DNA of 32,000 bases from the NCBI GenBank assembly GCA_937888485.1, contig CALAQQ010000275.1:1-32000 (forward strand). Reading direction: 5' to 3'. This document shows, piece after piece, positions 24,707 to 32,000 of this stretch. The translations under genes and the position numbers were made by a program. Origin of the DNA: an uncultured Clostridia bacterium (lineage in GTDB: Bacteria; Bacillota; Clostridia; Oscillospirales; Acutalibacteraceae). Below the pieces are notes generated by a model. It saw nothing but the letters and a program-made list of their open reading frames with translations. It was not told where the DNA came from and searched no databases. Each line of letters opens with the position of its first letter. The stretch's first letter is position 1.

Positions 24707-26467
24707 TTAACCTTTATATCCGCCCGAAGCGGTAACGCCTTCTTCTTCGGCTTTCTTTTCCATAACTTCGGCACGGCGTTTGAGAACTTCCATAACCATG
24801 TTCTGCTTCTTGCTGTCATAGTCCCAGAAGAGGTAGGGAATGGTCATGAGCGCAAATCCGATAACGTCAACGATAATCGGAATAACGATGATGCTTCTTC
24901 TTGAAGCGTCGATAAAGAGAACATCCCAGTTGGAGTTGAAGCCGTATTTGAGAAGCATGAGAGGAATGATAAGTCCTACGAACGAGGTGATAGGACCTGT
25001 AAACCAACCGAAAACGCCTGCAAAGCTTTCGAGTCTTTCGCCCGAAAGATACATCTGATAGTCACCGATACGCACGTTCATGTCGTGACCTGCGGTTGTG
25101 GGAACGGTCTTTGTCATTTCCATGAAGAAGAGAACGGCAACGCAGATTGTTCCGCAGAGGGTGAGGTTATCGCCGCAGAACCACATTGCATAGGCGATAA
25201 GACCGTTGCCTATTGCTCTTGTGAGCTGATAGAAAATCATAATCTGTCTGTATGAAAATCTCTTGAGGAAATAGGGAGAGAGCAAATCGGGCGGAGTTCC
25301 CGCAAAGGAAATGAGCATAACGATGAGGCTGTAGGGGAGACCGCTCAGACGGAAGGTATAGAAATAAAGAATCGTAACAAACGGAAGCATACCGTTTCCG
25401 AGAGAGTCGATAAGACCGACGATGGTGTTGATAAGCAGATATTTGTTTCGGAGAACGCCGAACATACCGTCCCAGAATTTAATCTGAACCTTCTTTTCAA
25501 CGGGAGGCTGGGGGATTCTTTCTTTGATTCTGCCTGCAAAAATCATTGTGAATGCGGCAAGAACGCAGAAGGTAATGGGAATAACGTATCTGTAAACATT
25601 GATATCAGCCCATTCATATCTGAGCATACCGATAGCTGCGGGCATAATTATGCCGACAATTGTGTTAAAGAAATGAGAAAGCTTAACGGGATAGCTGCGC
25701 ACAAGGATTCTTTCCTGAAGATTGGGGCTTATGCTCTTGGTGCAGATTTCCATGTTGTTGGCAAAACCGAAAACGTTGTATGTTGCGAAAAGAAGGTTTG
25801 CAACCCATACTCTTGTTGCAACGTCGGGAATGTTATAAACGGGAAGCCAACCGATGAGGATAACCATTATGCACTTGGGAACAACGTCGCAATAGAGCGA
25901 ATACTTGTATCTTCCGAATTTGGGAAGAAGCTTTTTGCGCCAGAAAATATTTCTTGCGCCCACCCAGCCTGTGTAAAGGAAATGAGTGCCGAATGTTTTG
26001 AAACACGCCGTTGCATTCATGCCTTCAAGACCGTTGAGATATGTAATGAACGGACTGGTCTGGTTGAAAAGCCGTGAATAGTCGAACAGAATTGTCGATA
26101 TGCCGAATATCATCATCAAGGCATAGACGAAATAGAATTTCTTCTCGGTTTTCTTGGGAAGGAAGCCGAGGTTGTCACAAACGAACCACCACATCAGCGC
26201 TGAAATATAGCCGAGGGGCATATTCAGAATGCCGATAACGGAGAAGGTGAGATAGGGGAGCTTATAGTGGTGCATGATGAGATAACATGAGGAGAAGAAT
26301 CCTATGTATTCAAGCACCTTTGAGCCTGCGTAGTTGCTTCCGACGGCAAAAAGAACGTCCTTATATTCCTTGTAGGGAACGTATTTGCCTTCGGCGGGGG
26401 TGTTCCAATGGGTTTTGATTTCGGTAAACAGCGATTGTACTTTGGCAATCAGACCGTTCATGAGCAT
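24707..26467 (-). CDS. Large polytopic transporter-like membrane protein (distant MFS/GPH-like), probable glycoside importer
   Basis: 586 aa with at least 12 hydrophobic segments. It sits 10 nt downstream of the GH31 gene, as in yicI-yicJ type pairs. Family membership is not verified. The start could be ATG 26467 or ATG 26461. Confidence 0.55.
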   Translation of the reverse strand: MLMNGLIAKVQSLFTEIKTHWNTPAEGKYVPYKEYKDVLFAVGSNYAGSKVLEYIGFFSSCYLIMHHYKLPYLTFSVIGILNMPLGYISALMWWFVCDNLGFLPKKTEKKFYFVYALMMIFGISTILFDYSRLFNQTSPFITYLNGLEGMNATACFKTFGTHFLYTGWVGARNIFWRKKLLPKFGRYKYSLYCDVVPKCIMVILIGWLPVYNIPDVATRVWVANLLFATYNVFGFANNMEICTKSISPNLQERILVRSYPVKLSHFFNTIVGIIMPAAIGMLRYEWADINVYRYVIPITFCVLAAFTMIFAGRIKERIPQPPVEKKVQIKFWDGMFGVLRNKYLLINTIVGLIDSLGNGMLPFVTILYFYTFRLSGLPYSLIVMLISFAGTPPDLLSPYFLKRFSYRQIMIFYQLTRAIGNGLIAYAMWFCGDNLTLCGTICVAVLFFMEMTKTVPTTAGHDMNVRIGDYQMYLSGERLESFAGVFGWFTGPITSFVGLIIPLMLLKYGFNSNWDVLFIDASRRSIIVIPIIVDVIGFALMTIPYLFWDYDSKKQNMVMEVLKRRAEVMEKKAEEEGVTASGGYKG

Positions 26468-26477
26468 TGTTCCTCCT

Positions 26478-28883
26478 TTATCTGTAAAGTTCCATAATTT
26501 CTTTTATAGGACCTGCGAATTCCTTGGAAACCGAGGGGAGTGATTTGCCTTTTTTGATAAAGGAATTATAAATCATGCCCTTCTTATCGGTTGACATCTG
26601 GAATTTTGAGATAACTTTGGTAAGTTCCTGCTTTTCATTCTTATTTTCAAGATATACGCAGTTGCCGAGAGCGATTTTTATATCAGAAACAGCCTTTGCG
26701 GTGACGGTGATTCTGACTGTGTCACCGTCTTTTTCTGCTTTTGCATCGTAAACCGAGCCGTCAACGGTAACATTTGCATCAGCCGAAACGATATCCTTGA
26801 ATTTAATAACGAAGGTTCTGTTTTCGGGAGCAACATTCGTAATTCCGTCTGCCTTTGAAACGGAGAAATCAACCTTGTCTGCTTTTTCGGAAACTGTGAA
26901 TGCGGTTTTGAGATATTCGCCGTTCTGATATGAAAGGGTATCACCGTCGTCTTCATAGAGGGTGAAGGTGCTGTTGCCTCTGTAAACAAGAAGTTCGAGG
27001 GTTTCGGGGTTTGAGCAGTCGTTTGTTCTGTCGTTGGCGCTCATGGGAATGATTGCACCCTCTTTTGCGAGAACGGGAATATAATCGATATCACGGAACA
27101 TCTTAACAAACTTGTTGCCCTTATAAATTCTGCCTGTAAAAATGTCGGTGTATCTTCCGTCGGGAAGCCATACATTGACTCCTGCAAGATTTGTTCTGAG
27201 AGAGGTGTGTTCGGTGATGGGCGCAACGATGAGTTCTGTTCCGAAGAAAAATTCGTTTCTGCATTCATATGCGCTCTTATCTTCGGGATAAGCATAGTAC
27301 ATAGGTTCACAGATAGCTCTGCACTCGGTATGAGTGCGGTAATTCATCGTGTAGATATAGGGGAGAAGCTTGTGTCTTAAGCGGAGAGCATCGGTTGCGA
27401 TTCTCTGAACAGGTCCGCTGAAATTCCAGGGTTCCTTGCCTGCGAATTCGTTGTTTGTTGAGTGAAGTCGCATAACGGGACTGAAAACGCCGAGCTGTAC
27501 CCAACGGAGATAGAGCTCGTCGTCTTTTTTGCCCATGCAGTGACCGCCGATATCGTGGCTCCACCAGGGATAGGCGATGTTTGATGCCGTTGCGGTGAAT
27601 CCGGGCTGAAAATCGAGGCTCTTCCAGGTCTGGGTTGTGTCACCGCTGAAACCGAGAGGATATCTCTGACTGCCTGCACCGCAGAATCGTGAGAGAATAA
27701 GCGGTCTGTGGTTATCTTTGGCGTTGTCGAGGAAATGATAGTGATTGAGTGCCCAGAGAGGGTCAAGACCCTTGACAGCGGTATTTTTGCCCTGCTGCCA
27801 GTCAATCCACCAGAAGTCGATGCCCGCTTTTTCGAACGGATGATGAAGAATATCAAAATAGTTTTCGGTAAACTTCTTATCGGTTATATCAAAGGGAACG
27901 GGCTTCTTTTCGGCAGGATTCTGACCCATAGCCTTGCACATATCTTCATATTGGTCCTCAAACCAACGAACACCCATTGAGGGGTGAAGATTGAAGGTTA
28001 CGTGGTAATTATCGTCTTTAAGCTTTTTGAGGAATGCATAGGGGTCGGGGAAAAGCTCGGTGTTGAAGCTGTAACCCGTCCAGCCGACTGACCACACATC
28101 ATAGACATATTCCATAAAGTTTCTGTGGTTTGTAACCTTGTGAGCGTCTTTTCCGAATTTTTCTTTGATTTTAACCCAGTGCCAGTCCATGTCAACCGTT
28201 GCAACGGTGATAGGTATTTCTTCCTCTTTGAACTTATCCATAAGGGTTAAATATTCTTCTTGAGAATAATCTTTGTATCTGCTCCACCAGTTGGAAAGAG
28301 CATATCTCGGAATGAGCGGAACTTTGCCTGTGAGTTTATAAAGGTCGGTTGTTGCACCGATATAGTCATTGCCGTAGGCAAAATAATATTCGTCTTTTTC
28401 TTTGTTTTCACGGGGGAGAATTGTTCCGTCGGGTTTGAGTGCAAGGGTTTTGCTGTCGTCAAGAATTGCAACTCCGTTTCTTGAGCATACGCCGTCGGAA
28501 AGTCTGATTATGCCTGCTGTGATATCGAGCGTACGGCATGTTCCTTTGAGGTTGCCCGATTTATAGTTTTTAACCGTTCTGCCGTCAGCAAGTTTTATCG
28601 AAAGCATCTTTTTGGATGAAAGCGAATATGTGAAAACAGCTTTTTCAGTTATGATTTCGATTTTATTTCCCGACTCTTTAACGTCGAATTTTGCATCTCC
28701 GAGATTTCTGAACCATACGCTCTGAGTAGGTTCATCGCAGAATTTGCCCTCGTTCTGAACTTCGACACGAAGAAGGCAGGGGGTGATAACCGTAAGTCTT
28801 ACGGACTTATATGTAAGGGTCTGATTTTTGTCTGCAAGCGGTGCGCAGTCAATTTTAAAGCGTTTTTCGAATTTTTCCATAGC
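26478..28883 (-). CDS. Glycoside hydrolase family 31 alpha-glycosidase (cytoplasmic, specificity unknown)
   Basis: VDMDWHW, GIDFWWIDWQQG, RPLILSRFCGAGSQRYPLGFSGDT, WWSHDIGGH and PVMRLHS are colinear with GH31 catalytic-domain motifs. The start chosen is ATG 28883 (MEKFEKRF, with GGGAGAA 6 nt upstream) rather than 28937. Confidence 0.85.
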   Translation of the reverse strand, partial: AMEKFEKRFKIDCAPLADKNQTLTYKSVRLTVITPCLLRVEVQNEGKFCDEPTQSVWFRNLGDAKFDVKESGNKIEIITEKAVFTYSLSSKKMLSIKLADGRTVKNYKSGNLKGTCRTLDITAGIIRLSDGVCSRNGVAILDDSKTLALKPDGTILPRENKEKDEYYFAYGNDYIGATTDLYKLTGKVPLIPRYALSNWWSRYKDYSQEEYLTLMDKFKEEEIPITVATVDMDWHWVKIKEKFGKDAHKVTNHRNFMEYVYDVWSVGWTGYSFNTELFPDPYAFLKKLKDDNYHVTFNLHPSMGVRWFEDQYEDMCKAMGQNPAEKKPVPFDITDKKFTENYFDILHHPFEKAGIDFWWIDWQQGKNTAVKGLDPLWALNHYHFLDNAKDNHRPLILSRFCGAGSQRYPLGFSGDTTQTWKSLDFQPGFTATASNIAYPWWSHDIGGHCMGKKDDELYLRWVQLGVFSPVMRLHSTNNEFAGKEPWNFSGPVQRIATDALRLRHKLLPYIYTMNYRTHTECRAICEPMYYAYPEDKSAYECRNEFFFGTELIVAPITEHTSLRTNLAGVNVWLPDGRYTDIFTGRIYKGNKFVKMFRDIDYIPVLAKEGAIIPMSANDRTNDCSNPETLELLVYRGNSTFTLYEDDGDTLSYQNGEYLKTAFTVSEKADKVDFSVSKADGITNVAPENRTFVIKFKDIVSADANVTVDGSVYDAKAEKDGDTVRITVTAKAVSDIKIALGNCVYLENKNEKQELTKVISKFQMSTDKKGMIYNSFIKKGKSLPSVSKEFAGPIKEIMELYR

Positions 28884-28908
28884 ATTCTCCCATTTTATTG
28901 ATATATTT

Positions 28909-28937
28909 ATTATATATTGTTTAATCGGTAAAGTCAA
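28909..28937 (-). promoter_or_regulatory. Promoter TTGACT-17 nt-TATAAT for the GH31 operon
   Basis: On the minus strand, TTGACT is at 28937..28932 and TATAAT at 28914..28909, with a 17 nt spacer. Confidence 0.55.
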
Positions 28938-29003
28938 TTAATGCTTTATTTTATATTTCATTTATGTTATTATATATTCAGAAAAAAGCAGAGGAGAATA
29001 AAA

Positions 29004-30035
29004 ATGACATTCATGGCATTCAAACGCATACTCATGGCGGTTATAATGATACCGTATTTTCTTTTTAACTATGCATTCAATGACTATGCATATCCTGCGG
29101 TAAGTACATCGGGTGCATATGTTTTTTGCTATTTTGTCGGCAACGAGGTCAATGAGCAGAGAATTCATCTTGCAGTCAGCACAGACGGTTATAATTTCGA
29201 AGCGCTCAACAACAATGAGCCGATAATCACGCAGACCAAAGGCACAGGCTGTGTCCGTGACCCGTATATTCTCAAGGGCGTTGATGAAAATGGCAAGGAT
29301 TGTTATTTCATCATCGCAACCGATATGAATGCTCTTGAGGGTTGGACATCAAACCACAGTCTTATTACCTGGCGTTCGTATGACCTCATAAACTGGACGG
29401 ATGAAACCGTTATTGATATCCGTCAGTTTGAGGGATTTGAAACAACAAACAGAGCATGGGCACCTCAGGCTATCTGGGACGGCGATAAGGGAATGTATAT
29501 GGTTTACTGGGCAAATTCAACTGCTGAAAACGATACTGCGGGTCATTACTATGCCTACACCAAGGATTTCAAAACCTTCGAAACCGAACCGAAGGTGCTT
29601 TTCGGAAGATGGAATGAGGTCGACCCCGAAACGGGCGAAACAAGAAATATCCAGTGCATTGACGGCGATATTATTTACAACGAAAAAGACGGTTACTATT
29701 ACCTCTATTTCAAAGAAGATTTAACTCAGAAAATCGCTTATGTTAAGTCAAAAGACATGACGGGACCTTATAATACGGACTACACAATCTGCTCCCTCAA
29801 TTGGTGGGGAGTTGAGGGAAGTTCAATGTACCGCATAACGGGTACGGATGCATGGATGATGATTATGGATGAATATTCGGAAGGAACATTCTTTGCACAG
29901 ATGACAAGGGATTTTGAAAATTTCAGAAGAGTTCAGCGCTCAACCTATTCGCTCGACCATCTAAGACCCCGCCACGGCTCGGTTGTTGCTGTTTCGGAAG
30001 AAGAATATTTTGCACTTGTAAATGCTTATAACTAA
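29004..30035 (+). CDS. Glycoside hydrolase family 43 protein (five-bladed propeller), N-terminal anchor/signal
   Basis: HLAVSTDGYNFEALN, CVRDPYIL, IIATDM, WAPQAIWD, CIDGDII and VEGSSMY fit GH43 blade motifs with the catalytic Asp/Asp/Glu candidates. The start is ATG 29004, with GAGGAG 7 nt upstream. Confidence 0.8.
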   Translation: MTFMAFKRILMAVIMIPYFLFNYAFNDYAYPAVSTSGAYVFCYFVGNEVNEQRIHLAVSTDGYNFEALNNNEPIITQTKGTGCVRDPYILKGVDENGKDCYFIIATDMNALEGWTSNHSLITWRSYDLINWTDETVIDIRQFEGFETTNRAWAPQAIWDGDKGMYMVYWANSTAENDTAGHYYAYTKDFKTFETEPKVLFGRWNEVDPETGETRNIQCIDGDIIYNEKDGYYYLYFKEDLTQKIAYVKSKDMTGPYNTDYTICSLNWWGVEGSSMYRITGTDAWMMIMDEYSEGTFFAQMTRDFENFRRVQRSTYSLDHLRPRHGSVVAVSEEEYFALVNAYN

Positions 30036-30074
30036 AAGAAAACACGGTGTCGAAATCCGACACCGTGAATTTTT
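30034..30074. terminator. Bidirectional terminator
   Basis: AAAAGAAAA-CACGGTGTCG-aaatc-CGACACCGTG-AATTTTT between the convergent GH43 and kinase genes. Confidence 0.8.
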
Positions 30075-32000
30075 ATTCCGTTTTAGGAAGTGAGAGAGTA
30101 ACCTTGAACAAATCGCCGTCAACTTCAACTCTGAATCTGCCATTTTGCAATTCGCAGAGATTCTGAGCTATCGAAAGTCCGAGACCGCTTCCTTCGCCCG
30201 AACGTGAAGCATCGCCTCTGACAAATCTCTGAGTGAGTTCGTCTGCGGAAACATCAAGAGGGTATTTCGAAATGTTCTTGAAAACTATAGAAGCGTATTC
30301 CGTGCCGTCGGCAACCTCAACATAAACCCTTGTGCCTTCAAGAGCGTATTTTCTGATATTCGAGAAAAGATTTTCGACTATTCTCGATGTTTTCTGCGAA
30401 TCGGCAAACACCGTAACGGGAACGGGAGGAGTTTTAAGAACAAGACCGATGCTGTAGCTTTTGAGTTCATCCTCATGTTCACCGACTGCCTGGGTTGCGA
30501 ATTCACAAAGATTTATTTTTATCGGATGGATTTCAATCGCACCCGATGAAGCTTTTGAGGCTTCAACCAAATCTTCGATAAGCTTTTTCATTTTTGCCGC
30601 TTTATCATCGAGAACGTTGATATATCTCTGTGCGGTTTCGTTTTCAACATCGCATTTTTTGAGAAGGTCAACGTAGTTAACGATTGAGGTAAGGGGAGTT
30701 TTGAGGTCGTGAGAAACGTTGGTTATAAGCTCCGCTTTCATTCGCTGGTCTTTGACTGCGCTTTCAACCGCATTCTGGAGTCCGTCCTGCATGGAGAGGA
30801 TATCCTCCGCAAAGCGGCGCATGAAGGGAGGCATGAATTTTGTATCAATTTTTCCGTTAAGATTGCCTTCTCTTGCCTGTGAAACACAAGCCATTATTCT
30901 GTCAAGCGAAACAAAAATGAGTGCTGCGAACAAACCGACTGCCGTAAAGACAATGAGTACAATAAAGAAAATAATAGTGAAATCTGCACTGCCCCAATCG
31001 GTTGCAAGACCTACCCACATTCCCATGAGGAAAAGAAGCAGAAGCACTGCCGCTGTTGAAGCAAGGGACACAATTTTGAATTTTGTTCCCTGTCCCTTTG
31101 AATAATCACAGGCAAGGATATATTTTATTTTGTCAATTTGCTTTCTGAAGAAAGCACCGATTTTTTTGAGTATCTTATCAAAAGGTTTAAGGATAAATGC
31201 AAGGAGTTTCCAGATGTTTTTAAGAAGCCAGCCTGCAAATCTGAAAAGCTGATAACAGAGAGTATGCTTCCAAAATGATTTGTTGCGGATATTGCGGATA
31301 AGGCTTGCGATAAGTCCTGTGATTATCATGAAGAAAATGCTTGCAAAAGCACCGACAAAGATATCGGTGAAAGTGCCGATGAATTTCAGGAGAGTTGCAG
31401 TGAATCCGTATTTGAGTACATTCGAATGCAGGATTTCATCGGGAAATGCTTCATATATCACAATAAATACCGCACCTGCCGCCGCCAGTGCTGCAAAGCA
31501 TGCACCGAGAATCCAGTTGATTCCGGTAGGAATTTTATCAAAGAAATTGAGAGTTATTCCGTTTGCCGTTTTGCCTGCAACAGAGAGAAGATATATGCAC
31601 GCCGCACAGGCAATAATAAAGCTTACCGCAAAAAGAATAAGGCAGGTTGTGATGTTGCTTATCGGTGCACGGAGGAAGGAATTATACGCTCTGTGCGAAA
31701 TCATGAACGGATCTGTAACGTTGCTGTCAAGAGCGAATGAAAAATAAGCAACGGTGTTTTGAGTGTTTGTAAAATACATCTGACTCTGTTCCAGAATGCT
31801 GATGTTATTGCCGAAAAGCCACTGACTGAACTCATCGTAAACGCTCGGAACGCTTTTGTATTCGTTGCTTTTAATAACTTTATATGTACCGTTTATGCTC
31901 GCTTCAACGAATTCTCCGCCGAGTTTTGCAATAATCTGTTCTTCGGTATCGGTTGCGGTAACTCCGCAGTTTGTTTTGATTTTACCGTTTCCGATTATCG
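30073..32000 (-). CDS. Sensor histidine kinase (HisKA plus HATPase_c) with a multi-TM N-terminal region; 5' end lies beyond the window
   Basis: It has the H-box ELITNVSHDLKTPLTSIVNYVDLL, the N-box ENLFSNIRKYA, and the G-boxes RGDASRSGEGSGLGLSIA. My own translation upstream of the track start (31779) stays open in frame to position 32000 (...EFVEASINGTYKVIKSNEYKSVPSVYDEFSQWLFGNNISILEQSQMYF), so the gene is edge-truncated. Confidence 0.88.
   Translation of the reverse strand, partial: IIGNGKIKTNCGVTATDTEEQIIAKLGGEFVEASINGTYKVIKSNEYKSVPSVYDEFSQWLFGNNISILEQSQMYFTNTQNTVAYFSFALDSNVTDPFMISHRAYNSFLRAPISNITTCLILFAVSFIIACAACIYLLSVAGKTANGITLNFFDKIPTGINWILGACFAALAAAGAVFIVIYEAFPDEILHSNVLKYGFTATLLKFIGTFTDIFVGAFASIFFMIITGLIASLIRNIRNKSFWKHTLCYQLFRFAGWLLKNIWKLLAFILKPFDKILKKIGAFFRKQIDKIKYILACDYSKGQGTKFKIVSLASTAAVLLLLFLMGMWVGLATDWGSADFTIIFFIVLIVFTAVGLFAALIFVSLDRIMACVSQAREGNLNGKIDTKFMPPFMRRFAEDILSMQDGLQNAVESAVKDQRMKAELITNVSHDLKTPLTSIVNYVDLLKKCDVENETAQRYINVLDDKAAKMKKLIEDLVEASKASSGAIEIHPIKINLCEFATQAVGEHEDELKSYSIGLVLKTPPVPVTVFADSQKTSRIVENLFSNIRKYALEGTRVYVEVADGTEYASIVFKNISKYPLDVSADELTQRFVRGDASRSGEGSGLGLSIAQNLCELQNGRFRVEVDGDLFKVTLSLPKTE

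Noticed and set aside
26678-28471. Multiple 68 to 159 aa ORFs in alternative frames inside the GH31 gene
   Set aside because: They are alternative-frame or antisense ORFs within a strongly supported 800 aa GH31 coding frame.
28941-29003. GH43 start at ATG 28941 and GH31 start at 28937
   Set aside because: Both extensions run through the AT-rich promoter region. Internal ATGs at 29004 and 28883 have proper SD sequences.
30461-31747. Plus-strand ORFs antisense to the histidine kinase
   Set aside because: They are shadow ORFs opposite a kinase gene with complete H, N and G boxes.
1-32000. CRISPR arrays, tRNA or rRNA genes, long tandem repeats
   Set aside because: I scanned the intergenic regions by eye. 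I saw no spaced direct-repeat arrays, cloverleaf-like GC-rich 70 to 90 nt blocks or rRNA-like segments, only the short repeats already reported.

Overview
This is a chromosomal window from a spore-forming, medium-GC Firmicute that looks Clostridia-like (dpaA/dpaB present, Gram-positive SD sites). No rRNA, tRNA or CRISPR array was seen. Left part: the 5' end of corA (partial), dipicolinate synthase dpaAB, rnhA, and a nifS/iscS-type cysteine desulfurase gene. That gene changes composition abruptly at ~3240 and loses homology at ~3460. From there to ~11.6 kb lies an ~8 kb integrative mobilizable element. It carries an XRE/zinc-ribbon regulator, a DUF5131 (phage Gp37/Gp68) Fe-S-like protein, a TfoX_N protein, a ParM/RHH partition pair, an inverted-repeat-rich putative oriT, MobC plus relaxase, a ParB-like protein, a small coupled ORF and a large serine recombinase. 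The right two thirds is a glycan-utilisation island: a beta-helix protein, DUF4838, GH92, GH31, GH43, a TIM-barrel isomerase-like protein, a BspA-type LRR protein and two transporters. Small secreted proteins are interspersed in it. One of these carries three tandem zinc-finger modules with classical C2H2 spacing (C2HC ligands) behind a signal peptide. The window ends inside a multi-TM sensor histidine kinase. The strongest candidates for something undescribed are the secreted zinc-finger protein, the TfoX_N-DUF5131-XRE cargo module, and the chimeric, truncated nifS junction.
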